In this document: piece by piece, positions 39,875 to 49,314 of the stretch | How positions within the stretch are numbered: position 1 is the stretch's first letter | How the letters are laid out: every line of letters starts with the position of its first letter | Source: Gammaproteobacteria bacterium | Lineage (GTDB): Bacteria > Pseudomonadota > Gammaproteobacteria > Steroidobacterales > Woeseiaceae | Reading direction: 5' to 3' | Length of the DNA stretch: 64,000 nt | NCBI GenBank assembly: GCA_037382365.1 | Contig: JARRPZ010000003.1 | Location: forward strand, 99-64,098 | Made by a program: the position numbers and the translations under genes | Notes under the pieces: model-generated | The model's input: the letters and a program-made list of their open reading frames with translations, nothing else | Database searches by the model: none | Told to the model about the DNA's origin: nothing

Positions 39875-41032
39875 TCAGCGCGTGACCGGCTCGTCCGCCG
39901 GTTCGGCCGCGTCGGCTTCCACCATCTCGTCGAGCAGTTCGGCGACTTCCGCGAGGGTGGGCTCGTCCGGATCCGGTTCGACTACGTTGGCGACGAGGCG
40001 GATCCGCCGCGCCAGTTCGTTATCGTCGCGATAGAGTATCCGGATAGGGATGCCGCGCGCGTCCGCCGCGGCCCGGACCGCGTTGCGTCGCTCGTGCTCC
40101 TCCGCGAACGCTCCCGATTCCCGGCGGGCGCTCTGCATCAGCGCATCGAGCATCGCCGCGGGATCGCGCTGGTCATCCGCGAGCGGTGGATGCGCTTCGA
40201 AAAAGAACTCGCCGTCGCGCCGTCCGTACAGGACGGGCTGATTGACGATCCGTACCGGGGTCCCTCGATCCACGAGTTCGTACAGCGTCTCGATATTCTC
40301 CGGGTACAGGCGCACACAGCCGTGGCTCACCCGCATGCCGACGCCGTAGGGCTGGTTGGTGCCGTGGATAAGATAGCCGGGCATGTCCAGTTTCAGCACA
40401 CGGTGGCCGAGGGGATTGTCCGGTCCCGGTTCCACCACGGCCGGCAGCGGATCACCCGCCTCCGCGTGTTCCCGGCGCACCGAAGCCGGCGGGTACCACG
40501 TCGGGTCGCGCGCCTTGTCGATCACCTTCGTGCTGCCGGTCGGCGTCTCCCAGCCCTCGCGCCCGATACCGACCGGGTGCGTGATCACCGTCCGGCGCCC
40601 GTCTTCGCCGGCCGGCGGGAAGTAGAACAGTCGTTTCGCCGCGATGTTCAGCACGATGCCTTCGCGCGGCGCATCCGGCAGCACGAACTGGGTCGGCAGA
40701 GTGATCACCGTGCCCTCTCCCGGCAACCAGGGGTCCACGCCGGGATTCGCCTGCACCAGTTCGTCGTGGCCGAGCCCGTAGGCACGTGCGATGTCCGCAA
40801 AAGTATCCGACTCCCGGGACAGGATGACCTGGACTTCTCCGACGACGCCCTGCTCCGGCGACGCCAGCTCGTGCACGTCCGACGCGAGCGGCTCCTGCTC
40901 GACCAGCGTGTCGATCCAGCGTACCGGTTCCGCCGGTTCCTCCGGCTCGCCGCTCGTGGCACAGCCCGCCAGCACTGCCGCCGCGGTGGCCAGGCATGAC
41001 AGTCGGCCGATCTGGTTGGCAATCATGGACAC
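39875..41032 (-). CDS. L,D-transpeptidase lipoprotein (LysM + YkuD domains)
   Basis: It has a lipobox (LAGCAT), a LysM-like segment (DTFADIARAYGLGHDELVQANPG), the YkuD catalytic motif HGTNQPYGVGMRVSHGCVRL and an ErfK/YcfS-like C-terminal extension. Confidence 0.88.
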   Translation of the reverse strand: MSMIANQIGRLSCLATAAAVLAGCATSGEPEEPAEPVRWIDTLVEQEPLASDVHELASPEQGVVGEVQVILSRESDTFADIARAYGLGHDELVQANPGVDPWLPGEGTVITLPTQFVLPDAPREGIVLNIAAKRLFYFPPAGEDGRRTVITHPVGIGREGWETPTGSTKVIDKARDPTWYPPASVRREHAEAGDPLPAVVEPGPDNPLGHRVLKLDMPGYLIHGTNQPYGVGMRVSHGCVRLYPENIETLYELVDRGTPVRIVNQPVLYGRRDGEFFFEAHPPLADDQRDPAAMLDALMQSARRESGAFAEEHERRNAVRAAADARGIPIRILYRDDNELARRIRLVANVVEPDPDEPTLAEVAELLDEMVEADAAEPADEPVTR

Positions 41033-41113
41033 GGGTAGGGATTCTAGCGGATGGCAGCGCAGGCCGCCTCACGTATCGGAGCGCGGCGAGCAGTGGGCGG
41101 CGGCGCAGCCGGT

Positions 41114-41863
41114 TCAGTCTTCCGGCGGTTTTCGGCAGGCGAGCATCGACAGGGGCCATACGACCTGACGCCGTCCGGGGCCCCAGCATCGTCGCAGGGG
41201 CGCCACGAGCGCAGACAAGGGATCCTCTCCCGTCGCCCGGCGGCAGCGCTGCACCGCGGACCAGGTCGCCAGGTAGCCCAGCATGTCCGCGGCTTCCCAC
41301 GCCGCCTCCATGCGGAATGACGGCGTCTGCAGTCTCGGCCACGGCGACCGGAGCGTCTCGTAACCCGACTCGATGTGCCGCCGCTCCGCCGGCCAGTAAG
41401 GGCCCAGCACGTCGCGATAGAGAGCGAGGATCAGGTCGTCGACGGACGGCTCCACCCGGCAGAGCTGGTAACACCACGCCGCGAACAGCCCGTCAGCGCG
41501 GAGCACGCGTGCCAGTTCGGCGTGGAAGTCCTCCGTGTCGAACCAGTGCAGCGCCTGGGCCACCGTGACCAGATCGGCGCTGCCCGGGCCCAGACCCGAG
41601 GCGTCGGCCGGTGCCACTCGGTAGCGCACGCCGGGCATCTGCGGCGCGCTCTCGATCTGCCGCGCACTCGCGTCCGTCGCTTCGACCTGCCGGAAGTGGC
41701 GGGCGAGTCCGGCGGCTGCCTGTCCGCTGCCGGTGGCGCAGTCCCATGCCAGTCCCCGCGCGGGCGCCTCGGCGGCCAGCCAGACGAACAGGCTCTCCGG
41801 ATAGCGCGGGCGGTACCGCGAATAGCCCTCCGAGACCCCGGAAAAGTGGTCGCGGAAGGTCAT
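41114..41863 (-). CDS. Class I SAM-dependent methyltransferase
   Basis: The SAM-binding motif is AWDCATGSGQAA, followed by LVTVAQALHWFD (Methyltransf_11-like). The ATG at 41863 overlaps the upstream gene's TGA (ATGA). Confidence 0.8.
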   Translation of the reverse strand: MTFRDHFSGVSEGYSRYRPRYPESLFVWLAAEAPARGLAWDCATGSGQAAAGLARHFRQVEATDASARQIESAPQMPGVRYRVAPADASGLGPGSADLVTVAQALHWFDTEDFHAELARVLRADGLFAAWCYQLCRVEPSVDDLILALYRDVLGPYWPAERRHIESGYETLRSPWPRLQTPSFRMEAAWEAADMLGYLATWSAVQRCRRATGEDPLSALVAPLRRCWGPGRRQVVWPLSMLACRKPPED

Positions 41864-42594
41864 CGCTCCATCCGCCCGGCGATCCATATCCAGCCTTCGC
41901 GGACCGCCAGATCGGCATCTTCGGGCGCCGCGCAGGCACCGCTCAGAAAATCCACGCCGGCCAGCCCGGCCAGCGCGGCATCGAGAATGTCGGCATTGGC
42001 GACCATCGCATCCTGGTGGCGACCCGCCGCCAGTTCGCCGGCAAGTCCCCCGAGGATCTGGCGACGGAGCGCCTGCGCGGCGGCAGGCTTGTACCGGCTC
42101 GCGGGCAGACCCCGCACCAGCAGCACCGCCGCGGGATAGACCTCGATCGCCGCGCTCGCTTCGATCGCCGGTCGCCAGGCCAGCGGTATCGTCTCGCCAC
42201 GCCGCTGGCGCAGTTCCGAGAGCAGCGCCAGGGCGGACGCGGCGGTACGGGCGATACGATCCGCGCCGACTTCCAGCGGCTGCTTGCCGAGTCGCGCCCG
42301 CACGAACTCGTCCGTCCTGCGGCGGAACAGCCGGTTCGCTTCCGGAACCGCCAGCGCGTCACCGGCTCGATGGGGCCCCAGACTACGGCCGAGCGCCATG
42401 GGCCAGCCGAGCGGGGCATCGAGACAGAACAGGGCCGGCTCGCGCCCGGCGGCGGCGTCGGCGATCGCCGCGACCGACCCGCCCGCTTCGCCCAGTGTCG
42501 CCATCGTCACCCTCGCAAGCTGCCCGTCCCAATCGAGCGCGACCACACCCGTCTTGCGCGGATCGGTGGCGCAGTCGATACCGACGATGCGCAT
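41860..42594 (-). CDS. DUF429-like protein (predicted RNase H-fold nuclease)
   Basis: The N-terminus MRIVGIDCATDPRKTGVVAL...FCLDAPLGWP resembles DUF429/RNase-H-like families, and later conserved acidic residues are present (ADILDAAL). The assignment is from memory of the family pattern only. Confidence 0.5.
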   Translation of the reverse strand: MRIVGIDCATDPRKTGVVALDWDGQLARVTMATLGEAGGSVAAIADAAAGREPALFCLDAPLGWPMALGRSLGPHRAGDALAVPEANRLFRRRTDEFVRARLGKQPLEVGADRIARTAASALALLSELRQRRGETIPLAWRPAIEASAAIEVYPAAVLLVRGLPASRYKPAAAQALRRQILGGLAGELAAGRHQDAMVANADILDAALAGLAGVDFLSGACAAPEDADLAVREGWIWIAGRMER

Positions 42595-42596
42595 CG

Positions 42597-43286
42597 CTAG
42601 CGCGGCGCCGCCGGGAGGGCGACGACCGCGTCCGGCGCGATGGCGTACACCCGATCCCCCGCCCCGGGACGCACGTTCCTGGCACCGGTGAAGCTGCCGA
42701 AAGCCGGCAGCACGGCGTGGCGCTCGAGGAACCAGAAGACCGGCAGGCGGATGCTGTCGCCGCCGCCCCGCAGCCGCATCGCCGGATGCAGGTGACCGCC
42801 GAGGCCGTAGCCGCGAGGATCCGGCTCCGGTTCGTGCTGCAGGACGAAGGGGCGCTCCAGGCGGGATTCCGGATACCAGCGGATGCGTCGATCCATGCGC
42901 TGGCGCGTCGCGGGGCGGTCGTGATTGCCCGCGACGATGCTGACCTCGGCAGGGATGCCGTGGAGCCAGTCACCGATGTGATCGAGCCATCGGTCCTCGT
43001 CGCCCGGCGGGGCATGCGTGAAATCGCCGAGCACGGCGAGTTCCTCCGCACCGAACGAGCGCACCAGCGTGTCGAGCCGGCCCAGGTCCGATTCGGTAGC
43101 GCCGCCGGGCACGGCGAGACCGGCTCGCCCGAAGGCCCATTCCTTGCCGAGATGCACATCGGCCACCAGCAGCATGCGCCGCCGGGGCCAGTACAGGGCG
43201 CGGTCGTGATGCAGCAACAGCTCCTCTCCCGCGCACTCGATGGCGAGCTGGCCTCCGTCCGCCGTGGCGCCGCACGCGACGCTCAC
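42597..43286 (-). CDS. pdeM: Ligase-associated DNA damage response endonuclease PdeM (metallophosphoesterase)
   Basis: Calcineurin-like motifs are present (VADVHLGK, GDFTH, GNHD, GHLHP). The GTG at 43286 overlaps the helicase TGA (GTGA). The upstream part of track ORF 42597..43850 overlaps the helicase gene and is rejected. Confidence 0.8.
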   Translation of the reverse strand: MSVACGATADGGQLAIECAGEELLLHHDRALYWPRRRMLLVADVHLGKEWAFGRAGLAVPGGATESDLGRLDTLVRSFGAEELAVLGDFTHAPPGDEDRWLDHIGDWLHGIPAEVSIVAGNHDRPATRQRMDRRIRWYPESRLERPFVLQHEPEPDPRGYGLGGHLHPAMRLRGGGDSIRLPVFWFLERHAVLPAFGSFTGARNVRPGAGDRVYAIAPDAVVALPAAPR

Positions 43287-45748
43287 GCGCTCTTCCTCCG
43301 CCGGCTTGCGGAGCGCTCCAGCGAGGCCGCCATGCGTACGACCCGCTCGCGCCAGGATTCGCTGGACATGATCTGGCTCTGCAGGCGCTCCGCCCACAGC
43401 GGGAAGGCCAGCGGCGTCAGTCGCTCGGGACGCTCCAGGACGATGCGGCGCCCGGCGATCGATTCGAGCGCGCCACGCATGCGGCGGGTCTCGAGCTGAT
43501 TCTCCAGCACCTCGCGCCTGGCCTGATCGAGCAGCAGGTTGCCGCTGTCGTAGCGCTCGAGCACGTCGAAGATGAGGCCGCTCGACGCCTGCACCTGACG
43601 GGTGGACTTGCCCCGCCCCGGATAGCCCTGGAACACGAGGCCGGCGATCCGGGCGATATCGCGGAACCGGCGTTTCGCGATCTCGGAAGTGTTCATGCAG
43701 GCGAGGAGATCGCCTTCCAGATCGCCGGGCACCAGCACCTCGCGCAGCCGTGCCTCGTCCACGGCCGGCGGTTCGCGGGACAGCAGCTCGAGTCCGTAAT
43801 CGTTCGCGGACAGCGTATAGGTCGCCGATGCGTCCCGGGACAGCCGCCATGCGAGCAGGGTCGCGAGGCCCTCGTGGACCAGGCGCCCGGCGAAGGGATA
43901 CAGGAACAGACTCCAGCCCTCGCGGGTCCGGGTGAGCTCGGCCAGCAGCTCGTCCGGCACCGGCAGCCGCGACCAGCGCTTCTGCAGATCCAGCAGACCG
44001 GCGAGGGCCGTCACTTCGGCCGGCTGCCCGGTCGCGGACTGTGCCGCCTCGAGGACCTCGAGCACGCTGTCGGCCAGTTCGGTCGACAGCGGCATCCGGC
44101 CGCCCTGCCAGCGCGGCACGGTGCGCTTCCCGCGCTTCGCGCGCCGGACGTAGGCGGTCATGTCCCGCACCTGCGCGAGTTCCACCAGGCGGCCGGCGAA
44201 CAGGAACCGGTCCCCGCGTTCCAGGCGGGAGATGAACGACTCCTCGATCGTGCCCAGCGACCCCCCGGTCAGCCAGCGGATATTCATCGCCGTGTCACTC
44301 GCTATGGTGCCGATGCCCATGCGGTGGCGCTGGCCGATGCCCCGGTCGGTCACCCGGTAGCGCCCGTCGATTTCCTCGACGCGGCGGTACCGGGGATAGC
44401 CCTGCAATGCCTGGCCGCCCCGCGTGATGAAATCCATGACCCACTGCCATTCGGCGTCGGTGAGCCCGGCGAAAGCATGCGTGGTGCTCACCTCGTCGCG
44501 CATGGCCCCGGCCTCGAAGCCACCGCCCAGCGCCACGGTGACGAGATGCTGGGCCAGCACGTCCAGGGAGCGCGTGAGCGGTCGGCGGGCCTCGATGCGG
44601 CCCTGTTCGGCGGCTCGCCGGGCGGCCGCGATCTCGACCAGTTCGAAGGCATGGGTGGGCACGCACAGCACTTCCGAGACGGCGCCGGGACGGTGGCCGC
44701 TGCGCCCGGCGCGCTGCAGCAGCCGTGCCACCCCTTTCGGACTGCCGACCTGCAGCACGCGGTCGACGGGACTGAAATCCACCCCCAGGTCGAGGGAGGA
44801 GGTGCAGACGACGCAGATCAGCTCGCCGGCCCGCAGCGCATCCTCGATCCGCTTCCGGAGCTTGCGATCGATGGAGCCGTGATGCAGTGCGATACGCCCC
44901 ACCCAGTCGGGCCGCTCGTCCACCAGCGCCTGGAACCACAGTTCGGCCTGGGAGCGGGTATTGGTGAACAGCAGCGTGGAATTGGCCGCTGCGATCGCTT
45001 CCACGACCGCCGGCAGGAGCTTGATTCCCAGGTGGCCGGCCCACGGAAAGCGCTCGAGGGTCCGGGGCAGGACCGAGCGGATGCGGACGCTCTTCGGAGC
45101 CGAGCCGCGCACCAGCCGGCCCCGGCCCCGCGGGCCGAGCAGAACGTCCCTGGCCTCTTCCAGATTGGCGAGCGTCGCCGACAATCCCCACGTCTTCAAC
45201 GCGGGAGCGATGCCGCGGAGACGGGAAAGGCAGAGTTCCAGCTGCACGCCCCGCTTGGTGCCGAGAAGCTCGTGCCACTCGTCCACCACGACGGCCTGCA
45301 ACCCGCGGAACCACTGCGCGCCGTCCGCATAGCTCAACAGCACGGACAGGCTCTCGGGCGTGGTGATCAGCGCTTCCGGCGGCTGCCGGCGCTGGCGGGC
45401 GCGAACCGATTGCGAGGTATCGCCGCTGCGGACCTCCACTCGCCAGCCGCTGCCGAGTGCCTCCGCCGCCTCGGCCAGGTTTTCACGCGTGTCCACGGCG
45501 AGCGCCCGCAGCGGCGTGATCCACAGGATGCGCAGCCCGGCCCGGGACACGCCCTCCTCCGCTTCCGCCGCGGCCTCGGCCAGCGGCCCGAGCCATGCCG
45601 CCAGCGACTTCCCGCTGCCGGTGGGAGAATGGATGAGGCCGGATTCGCCGGCGAGGTAAGCCTCGCAGGCCTCCCTCTGGAAGTCGAACAGCGCCCGCCC
45701 GCCGGCGGCGAGCCACTCGTCCAACCGGGTCTCGAAGGAGCGGTTCAC
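43283..45748 (-). CDS. Ligase-associated DNA damage response DEXH-box helicase (Lhr-like)
   Basis: Motif I is SPTGSGKS and motif II is DEWH (VVVDEWHELLG). QRAGRSGH and a long Lhr-type C-terminal region follow. GTG start overlaps the ligase stop. Confidence 0.9.
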   Translation of the reverse strand: MNRSFETRLDEWLAAGGRALFDFQREACEAYLAGESGLIHSPTGSGKSLAAWLGPLAEAAAEAEEGVSRAGLRILWITPLRALAVDTRENLAEAAEALGSGWRVEVRSGDTSQSVRARQRRQPPEALITTPESLSVLLSYADGAQWFRGLQAVVVDEWHELLGTKRGVQLELCLSRLRGIAPALKTWGLSATLANLEEARDVLLGPRGRGRLVRGSAPKSVRIRSVLPRTLERFPWAGHLGIKLLPAVVEAIAAANSTLLFTNTRSQAELWFQALVDERPDWVGRIALHHGSIDRKLRKRIEDALRAGELICVVCTSSLDLGVDFSPVDRVLQVGSPKGVARLLQRAGRSGHRPGAVSEVLCVPTHAFELVEIAAARRAAEQGRIEARRPLTRSLDVLAQHLVTVALGGGFEAGAMRDEVSTTHAFAGLTDAEWQWVMDFITRGGQALQGYPRYRRVEEIDGRYRVTDRGIGQRHRMGIGTIASDTAMNIRWLTGGSLGTIEESFISRLERGDRFLFAGRLVELAQVRDMTAYVRRAKRGKRTVPRWQGGRMPLSTELADSVLEVLEAAQSATGQPAEVTALAGLLDLQKRWSRLPVPDELLAELTRTREGWSLFLYPFAGRLVHEGLATLLAWRLSRDASATYTLSANDYGLELLSREPPAVDEARLREVLVPGDLEGDLLACMNTSEIAKRRFRDIARIAGLVFQGYPGRGKSTRQVQASSGLIFDVLERYDSGNLLLDQARREVLENQLETRRMRGALESIAGRRIVLERPERLTPLAFPLWAERLQSQIMSSESWRERVVRMAASLERSASRRRKSA

Positions 45749-47346
45749 GGCGCCGGCACCAGCGCCTGCACGCTCTCTATGTCGTCGGCGTCTCGTATCG
45801 CGAGATCCCTCCGCCAGCGGGCGATGCGCGGGAAGCGCAGGGCCACCCCGGACTTGTGACGGCTGGACGCGTTAATGCCCTCGAACGCGATCTCGAAGAC
45901 GTGCTCCGGCCGCACCGAACGCACGGGCCCGAAGCGCTCGACGGTATTGCGGCGTATCCATCGATCAAGCTCGCGGATCTCGCCGTTGTCCAGGCCGGAG
46001 TAGGCCTTCGCGATGGGCACGAGGTCGTCGTCGCGCCAGACCGCGAAAGTATAGTCCGTGTAAAGATTCGCCCGCCGCCCGTGTCCGGGCTGTGCATAGA
46101 TCATGACCGCGTCGACGGTGTGCGGCTCCACTTTCCACTTCCACCACAGGCCCCGTTTGCGACCGGTGCCGTAGGGGGAATCCAGGGCCTTCAGCATCAG
46201 GCCCTCGACGCGCCGCTCCCGGGACTCCTCGCGCAGCGCCGCGTAGGCGGACCAGTCGGCGGCGGACAACAGTGGCGACAAGCGCAGGGCCCCGACGTCG
46301 CCCGGCAGGACCTCGACCAGCGCCGCTCGCCGCTCTGCCATCGGCCGCTGGCGGATGTCTTCCCCGCCGTGCTCCAGGAGATCGTAGGCCAGGAAAACGA
46401 CCGGGACTTCGGCCAGCAGCTTCGCGCCGACCCGCTTGCGGCCGATGCGGCGCTGCAGGGCGCCGAAATCCATCACGCCCGACCGCGCATCCCAGGCCAG
46501 GAGTTCACCGTCCAGCACCGTGCCGTCGCCAAGGGCTGCCGACGCATCGCGCACTTCCGGGAATCGCTCGGTGATCAGGTCCTCGCCTCGCGACCAGAGG
46601 AAGGTGCTGCCGCCGCGCCGCACCAGCTGGGCGCGGATGCCGTCCCATTTCCATTCGACCTGCCAGCCCTCGGGAGCACCGAGGTCGGTCGGTATCGACT
46701 GTCCCTCCAGCGGGGCGGCGAGACAGAACGGGTAGGGACGCGAGATATCCGCCTCGCCGTCGTCCGGCGACAGCAGCGCCTTGAAGAATCGAGGGCTCGG
46801 CTCCCAGTGTCCCATGAGCCGGTGCAGGATCACCGGCCGCGGCAGATCGGCCGTCTCGGCCAGCGCCCGGGCGACGAGCGTCTGGGACACGCCGACTCGC
46901 AACGCGCCGGTCAGCAGCTTGTTCAGCAGGTAGCTCCGCTCGTAGTCCAGGGTCGCCCACCACCGCTTTACGCGCTCCCCCCGGTCCTCGATGTCGAGAT
47001 CCTTCAGCGGCAGGATCTCCTGCTCCAGCCACCCGGCGAGCGAGCGATCGTCGGCCGGCGCGGGCTGCGCCGTATCCGTGAGCAGGGCGATCGTCTCCGC
47101 GAGGTCGCCGACCGTGGCGTAGGTGTCGTCCACCAGCCAGTCCGGCAGATCGACGCACTCGTACAGCCACTGCCGCAGCCGGGCCGGACCGACCAGCCGC
47201 TTGATCCGTCGGCCCGACAGGAAATACACGGCCCAGGCCGCGTCTGCGGGCGGCGCATTCGAGAAATAGCGGACCATCGCCGCCACCTTGAGATTGGTGG
47301 AGGTGGTCTGGTCGAGTTCCTGGTAGAGCCGGCTGAAACTACGCAC
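45745..47346 (-). CDS. ATP-dependent DNA ligase
   Basis: It has the adenylation motif I EWKWDGIR, later ligase motifs (EGLMLK, WWKWK) and an OB-fold C-terminus. Confidence 0.9.
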   Translation of the reverse strand: MRSFSRLYQELDQTTSTNLKVAAMVRYFSNAPPADAAWAVYFLSGRRIKRLVGPARLRQWLYECVDLPDWLVDDTYATVGDLAETIALLTDTAQPAPADDRSLAGWLEQEILPLKDLDIEDRGERVKRWWATLDYERSYLLNKLLTGALRVGVSQTLVARALAETADLPRPVILHRLMGHWEPSPRFFKALLSPDDGEADISRPYPFCLAAPLEGQSIPTDLGAPEGWQVEWKWDGIRAQLVRRGGSTFLWSRGEDLITERFPEVRDASAALGDGTVLDGELLAWDARSGVMDFGALQRRIGRKRVGAKLLAEVPVVFLAYDLLEHGGEDIRQRPMAERRAALVEVLPGDVGALRLSPLLSAADWSAYAALREESRERRVEGLMLKALDSPYGTGRKRGLWWKWKVEPHTVDAVMIYAQPGHGRRANLYTDYTFAVWRDDDLVPIAKAYSGLDNGEIRELDRWIRRNTVERFGPVRSVRPEHVFEIAFEGINASSRHKSGVALRFPRIARWRRDLAIRDADDIESVQALVPAP

Positions 47347-47357
47347 GGCGGCGTCTC

Positions 47358-48350
47358 CTACTGGTCATCGCCGCTGCCCTCGTAGGCCGTCTCGAGCGCC
47401 GACGCGTCGACACCGTGCTCGCGCAGCAGGCGCACCAGGGCATCGGTGTGACCGTGGGTCGCGAGCACACGGGAAGCACCCGTCTCGTCGATCGTGCGCA
47501 GCAGCGAGGGCCAGTCCGCGTGGTCCGACAGCACGAACCCCCGGTCGTAGCCACGGCGGCGGCGCTGACCCCGGATGCGCATCCAGCCCGAACAGAAGCC
47601 GGTGCTTGCCGAACGGAATCGGCGCATCCAGGTGCTGCCCGCGGCGCCCGGCGGCGCGATGACGAGTTCACCGGCATAATCGCGCTGCTGCCGAAGATCC
47701 ACCTTCTCGGTCGGCAGCATCTCGACGCCGGCCTCCCGGTAGACCTCCACCAGCGCCTCGACGGCCCCGTGCACGAACACCGTTGCATCCGTGTACGCCA
47801 TCAATTCCGCGAGCACCCGCTGTGCCTTGCCGAGTGCATAGCAGAAGAGCACCGACGGGCGGCCCTGTTCCCGGTTGCCCTGCCACCAGTCGTGGATCTC
47901 CCGGGCGGTCTCGCTGCCCGGCCGCCAGCGGTAGACCGGCAGCGCGAAGGTCGCCTCGGTGATGAACGTATCGCAGGGCACGACCTCGAACGGCGCGCAG
48001 GTCGGATCCGGATCCCGCTTGTAGTCGCCGGAGACGACCCAGACGCCCTGCGCCGACTCGATCCGGATCTGCGCGGAGCCGAGCACGTGACCGGCGGGAT
48101 GGAAAGAGACGACGGTGTCTTCGAAGCTCAGGCGCTCGCCCCAGTCGACCGGCCGGATATCCGCGGCGTCGCCGAGACGTTTCCTGAGCAGGCCGACGCC
48201 GGGCGCCGCCGCGTAGTACACGTCCGAGCCCGGGCGGGCATGGTCGGCATGGGCATGGGTGACGAGGGCCGTTGCGCTCGGGCGCCAGGGATCGATGTGG
48301 AAGCCGCCGGCCGCGCAGGCGAGGCCGGTGTCGGTCGCGCGGATCAGCAC
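47358..48350 (-). CDS. Ligase-associated DNA damage response exonuclease (metallo-beta-lactamase / beta-CASP fold)
   Basis: The MBL motif THAHADHA and later H/D motifs are present, and it is the first gene of the exonuclease-ligase-helicase-PdeM set. GTG start 8 nt after the M48 gene stop. Confidence 0.85.
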   Translation of the reverse strand: MLIRATDTGLACAAGGFHIDPWRPSATALVTHAHADHARPGSDVYYAAAPGVGLLRKRLGDAADIRPVDWGERLSFEDTVVSFHPAGHVLGSAQIRIESAQGVWVVSGDYKRDPDPTCAPFEVVPCDTFITEATFALPVYRWRPGSETAREIHDWWQGNREQGRPSVLFCYALGKAQRVLAELMAYTDATVFVHGAVEALVEVYREAGVEMLPTEKVDLRQQRDYAGELVIAPPGAAGSTWMRRFRSASTGFCSGWMRIRGQRRRRGYDRGFVLSDHADWPSLLRTIDETGASRVLATHGHTDALVRLLREHGVDASALETAYEGSGDDQ

Positions 48351-48358
48351 GCCCGGCT

Positions 48359-49207
48359 TCAGGACTCCGGCTTCTTGATGGCCGGGCGCGCGCCGCAGTC
48401 GGGTGTCTTGCCCGCCGACTTCGCTTCGTTGTAGAGCTTCAGGGCGACGGGATAGTGAGCGACCAGTTTATCGATGCGGTCGTCGCTCGACGGGTGGGTG
48501 GACAGGAACTCCGGCGGCTCGTTCTCGTTCGCCTTCTGCATGTTCTTCCACAGCGCGACGCTCTCGCGGGGATCGAAGCCGGCACGCGCCATGTAATCGA
48601 TGCCCACGATGTCGGCCTCCCGTTCCTGGAGCCGTGTGAATGGCAGTGTCACGCCGAGCTGGGCGGCCATCTGGATCGCGGTGGACGCGCTCTGATTGGC
48701 CATGTAGGTGCCGCCGACGATCGCACTCAGGAATCCCACGGTATAGCCGGTCGCGACCGCCCGCGAGGCCCGCTCGTTCGGATGCCGGGCCGTGACGTGC
48801 GCCACCTCGTGGCCCATGACGGCCGCCAGCTGATCGTCGTTCTCGGTGACGCCGAGCAGGCCGGTGAACACCGTGATCTTGCCGCCCGGGAGCACGAATG
48901 CATTCACCTCGGGCCGATCCACCACCGCCAGTTCCCAGTTCAGATTGGCCATCTCGCCTTCCAGCTGCCCGACGATGGCGTTCGCCACGCAGGCGACGAA
49001 GTCGATGGTCGCGCGGTCCGTCGATAGGGGCATCTCCGCCCGGAGCTGGGTGAAGGCCGCCTCACCCTGCGCTTCCAGCTCTTCCTCGTCCTTGAGGATC
49101 AGCTGACTGCGACCCGTGGGCGACGTGGCACAGGCGGCGAGCATCGCCACGATGACGCCTGCGACGGCGAGACGGGAGAATCTGAAATGCTGCATGGCCG
49201 TTTCCAT
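48359..49207 (-). CDS. M48 family zinc metalloprotease lipoprotein
   Basis: It has the HEVAHVTARH zinc motif, a signal peptide with lipobox (VAMLAACAT) and the C-terminal STHPSSDDR. The start is ATG 49207 or 49195; the track start at 49351 overlaps sohB. Confidence 0.85.
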   Translation of the reverse strand: METAMQHFRFSRLAVAGVIVAMLAACATSPTGRSQLILKDEEELEAQGEAAFTQLRAEMPLSTDRATIDFVACVANAIVGQLEGEMANLNWELAVVDRPEVNAFVLPGGKITVFTGLLGVTENDDQLAAVMGHEVAHVTARHPNERASRAVATGYTVGFLSAIVGGTYMANQSASTAIQMAAQLGVTLPFTRLQEREADIVGIDYMARAGFDPRESVALWKNMQKANENEPPEFLSTHPSSDDRIDKLVAHYPVALKLYNEAKSAGKTPDCGARPAIKKPES

Positions 49208-49314
49208 CAGTGCGAAACCGTTCTGATCCCGAAAAATATAAGACTGGCGGCCCGGAAGCGAGTTCCGGGCGGGATGAGCAGGACGAACCCCGCGCCCCGC
49301 GCCGGAGGACCGGC

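Noticed and set aside
42597-43850. The 417-aa version of the PdeM ORF.
   Set aside because: The upstream 188 codons overlap the helicase 3' end out of frame. The metallophosphoesterase homology and the GTGA-coupled start define the 229-aa product.
43874-47385. The long plus-strand ORFs 43874..45859 (661 aa) and 45856..47385 (509 aa).
   Set aside because: They are antisense to the Lhr-like helicase and DNA ligase genes, which carry clear catalytic motifs. The products are Arg/Gly/Pro/Gln-rich without motifs.
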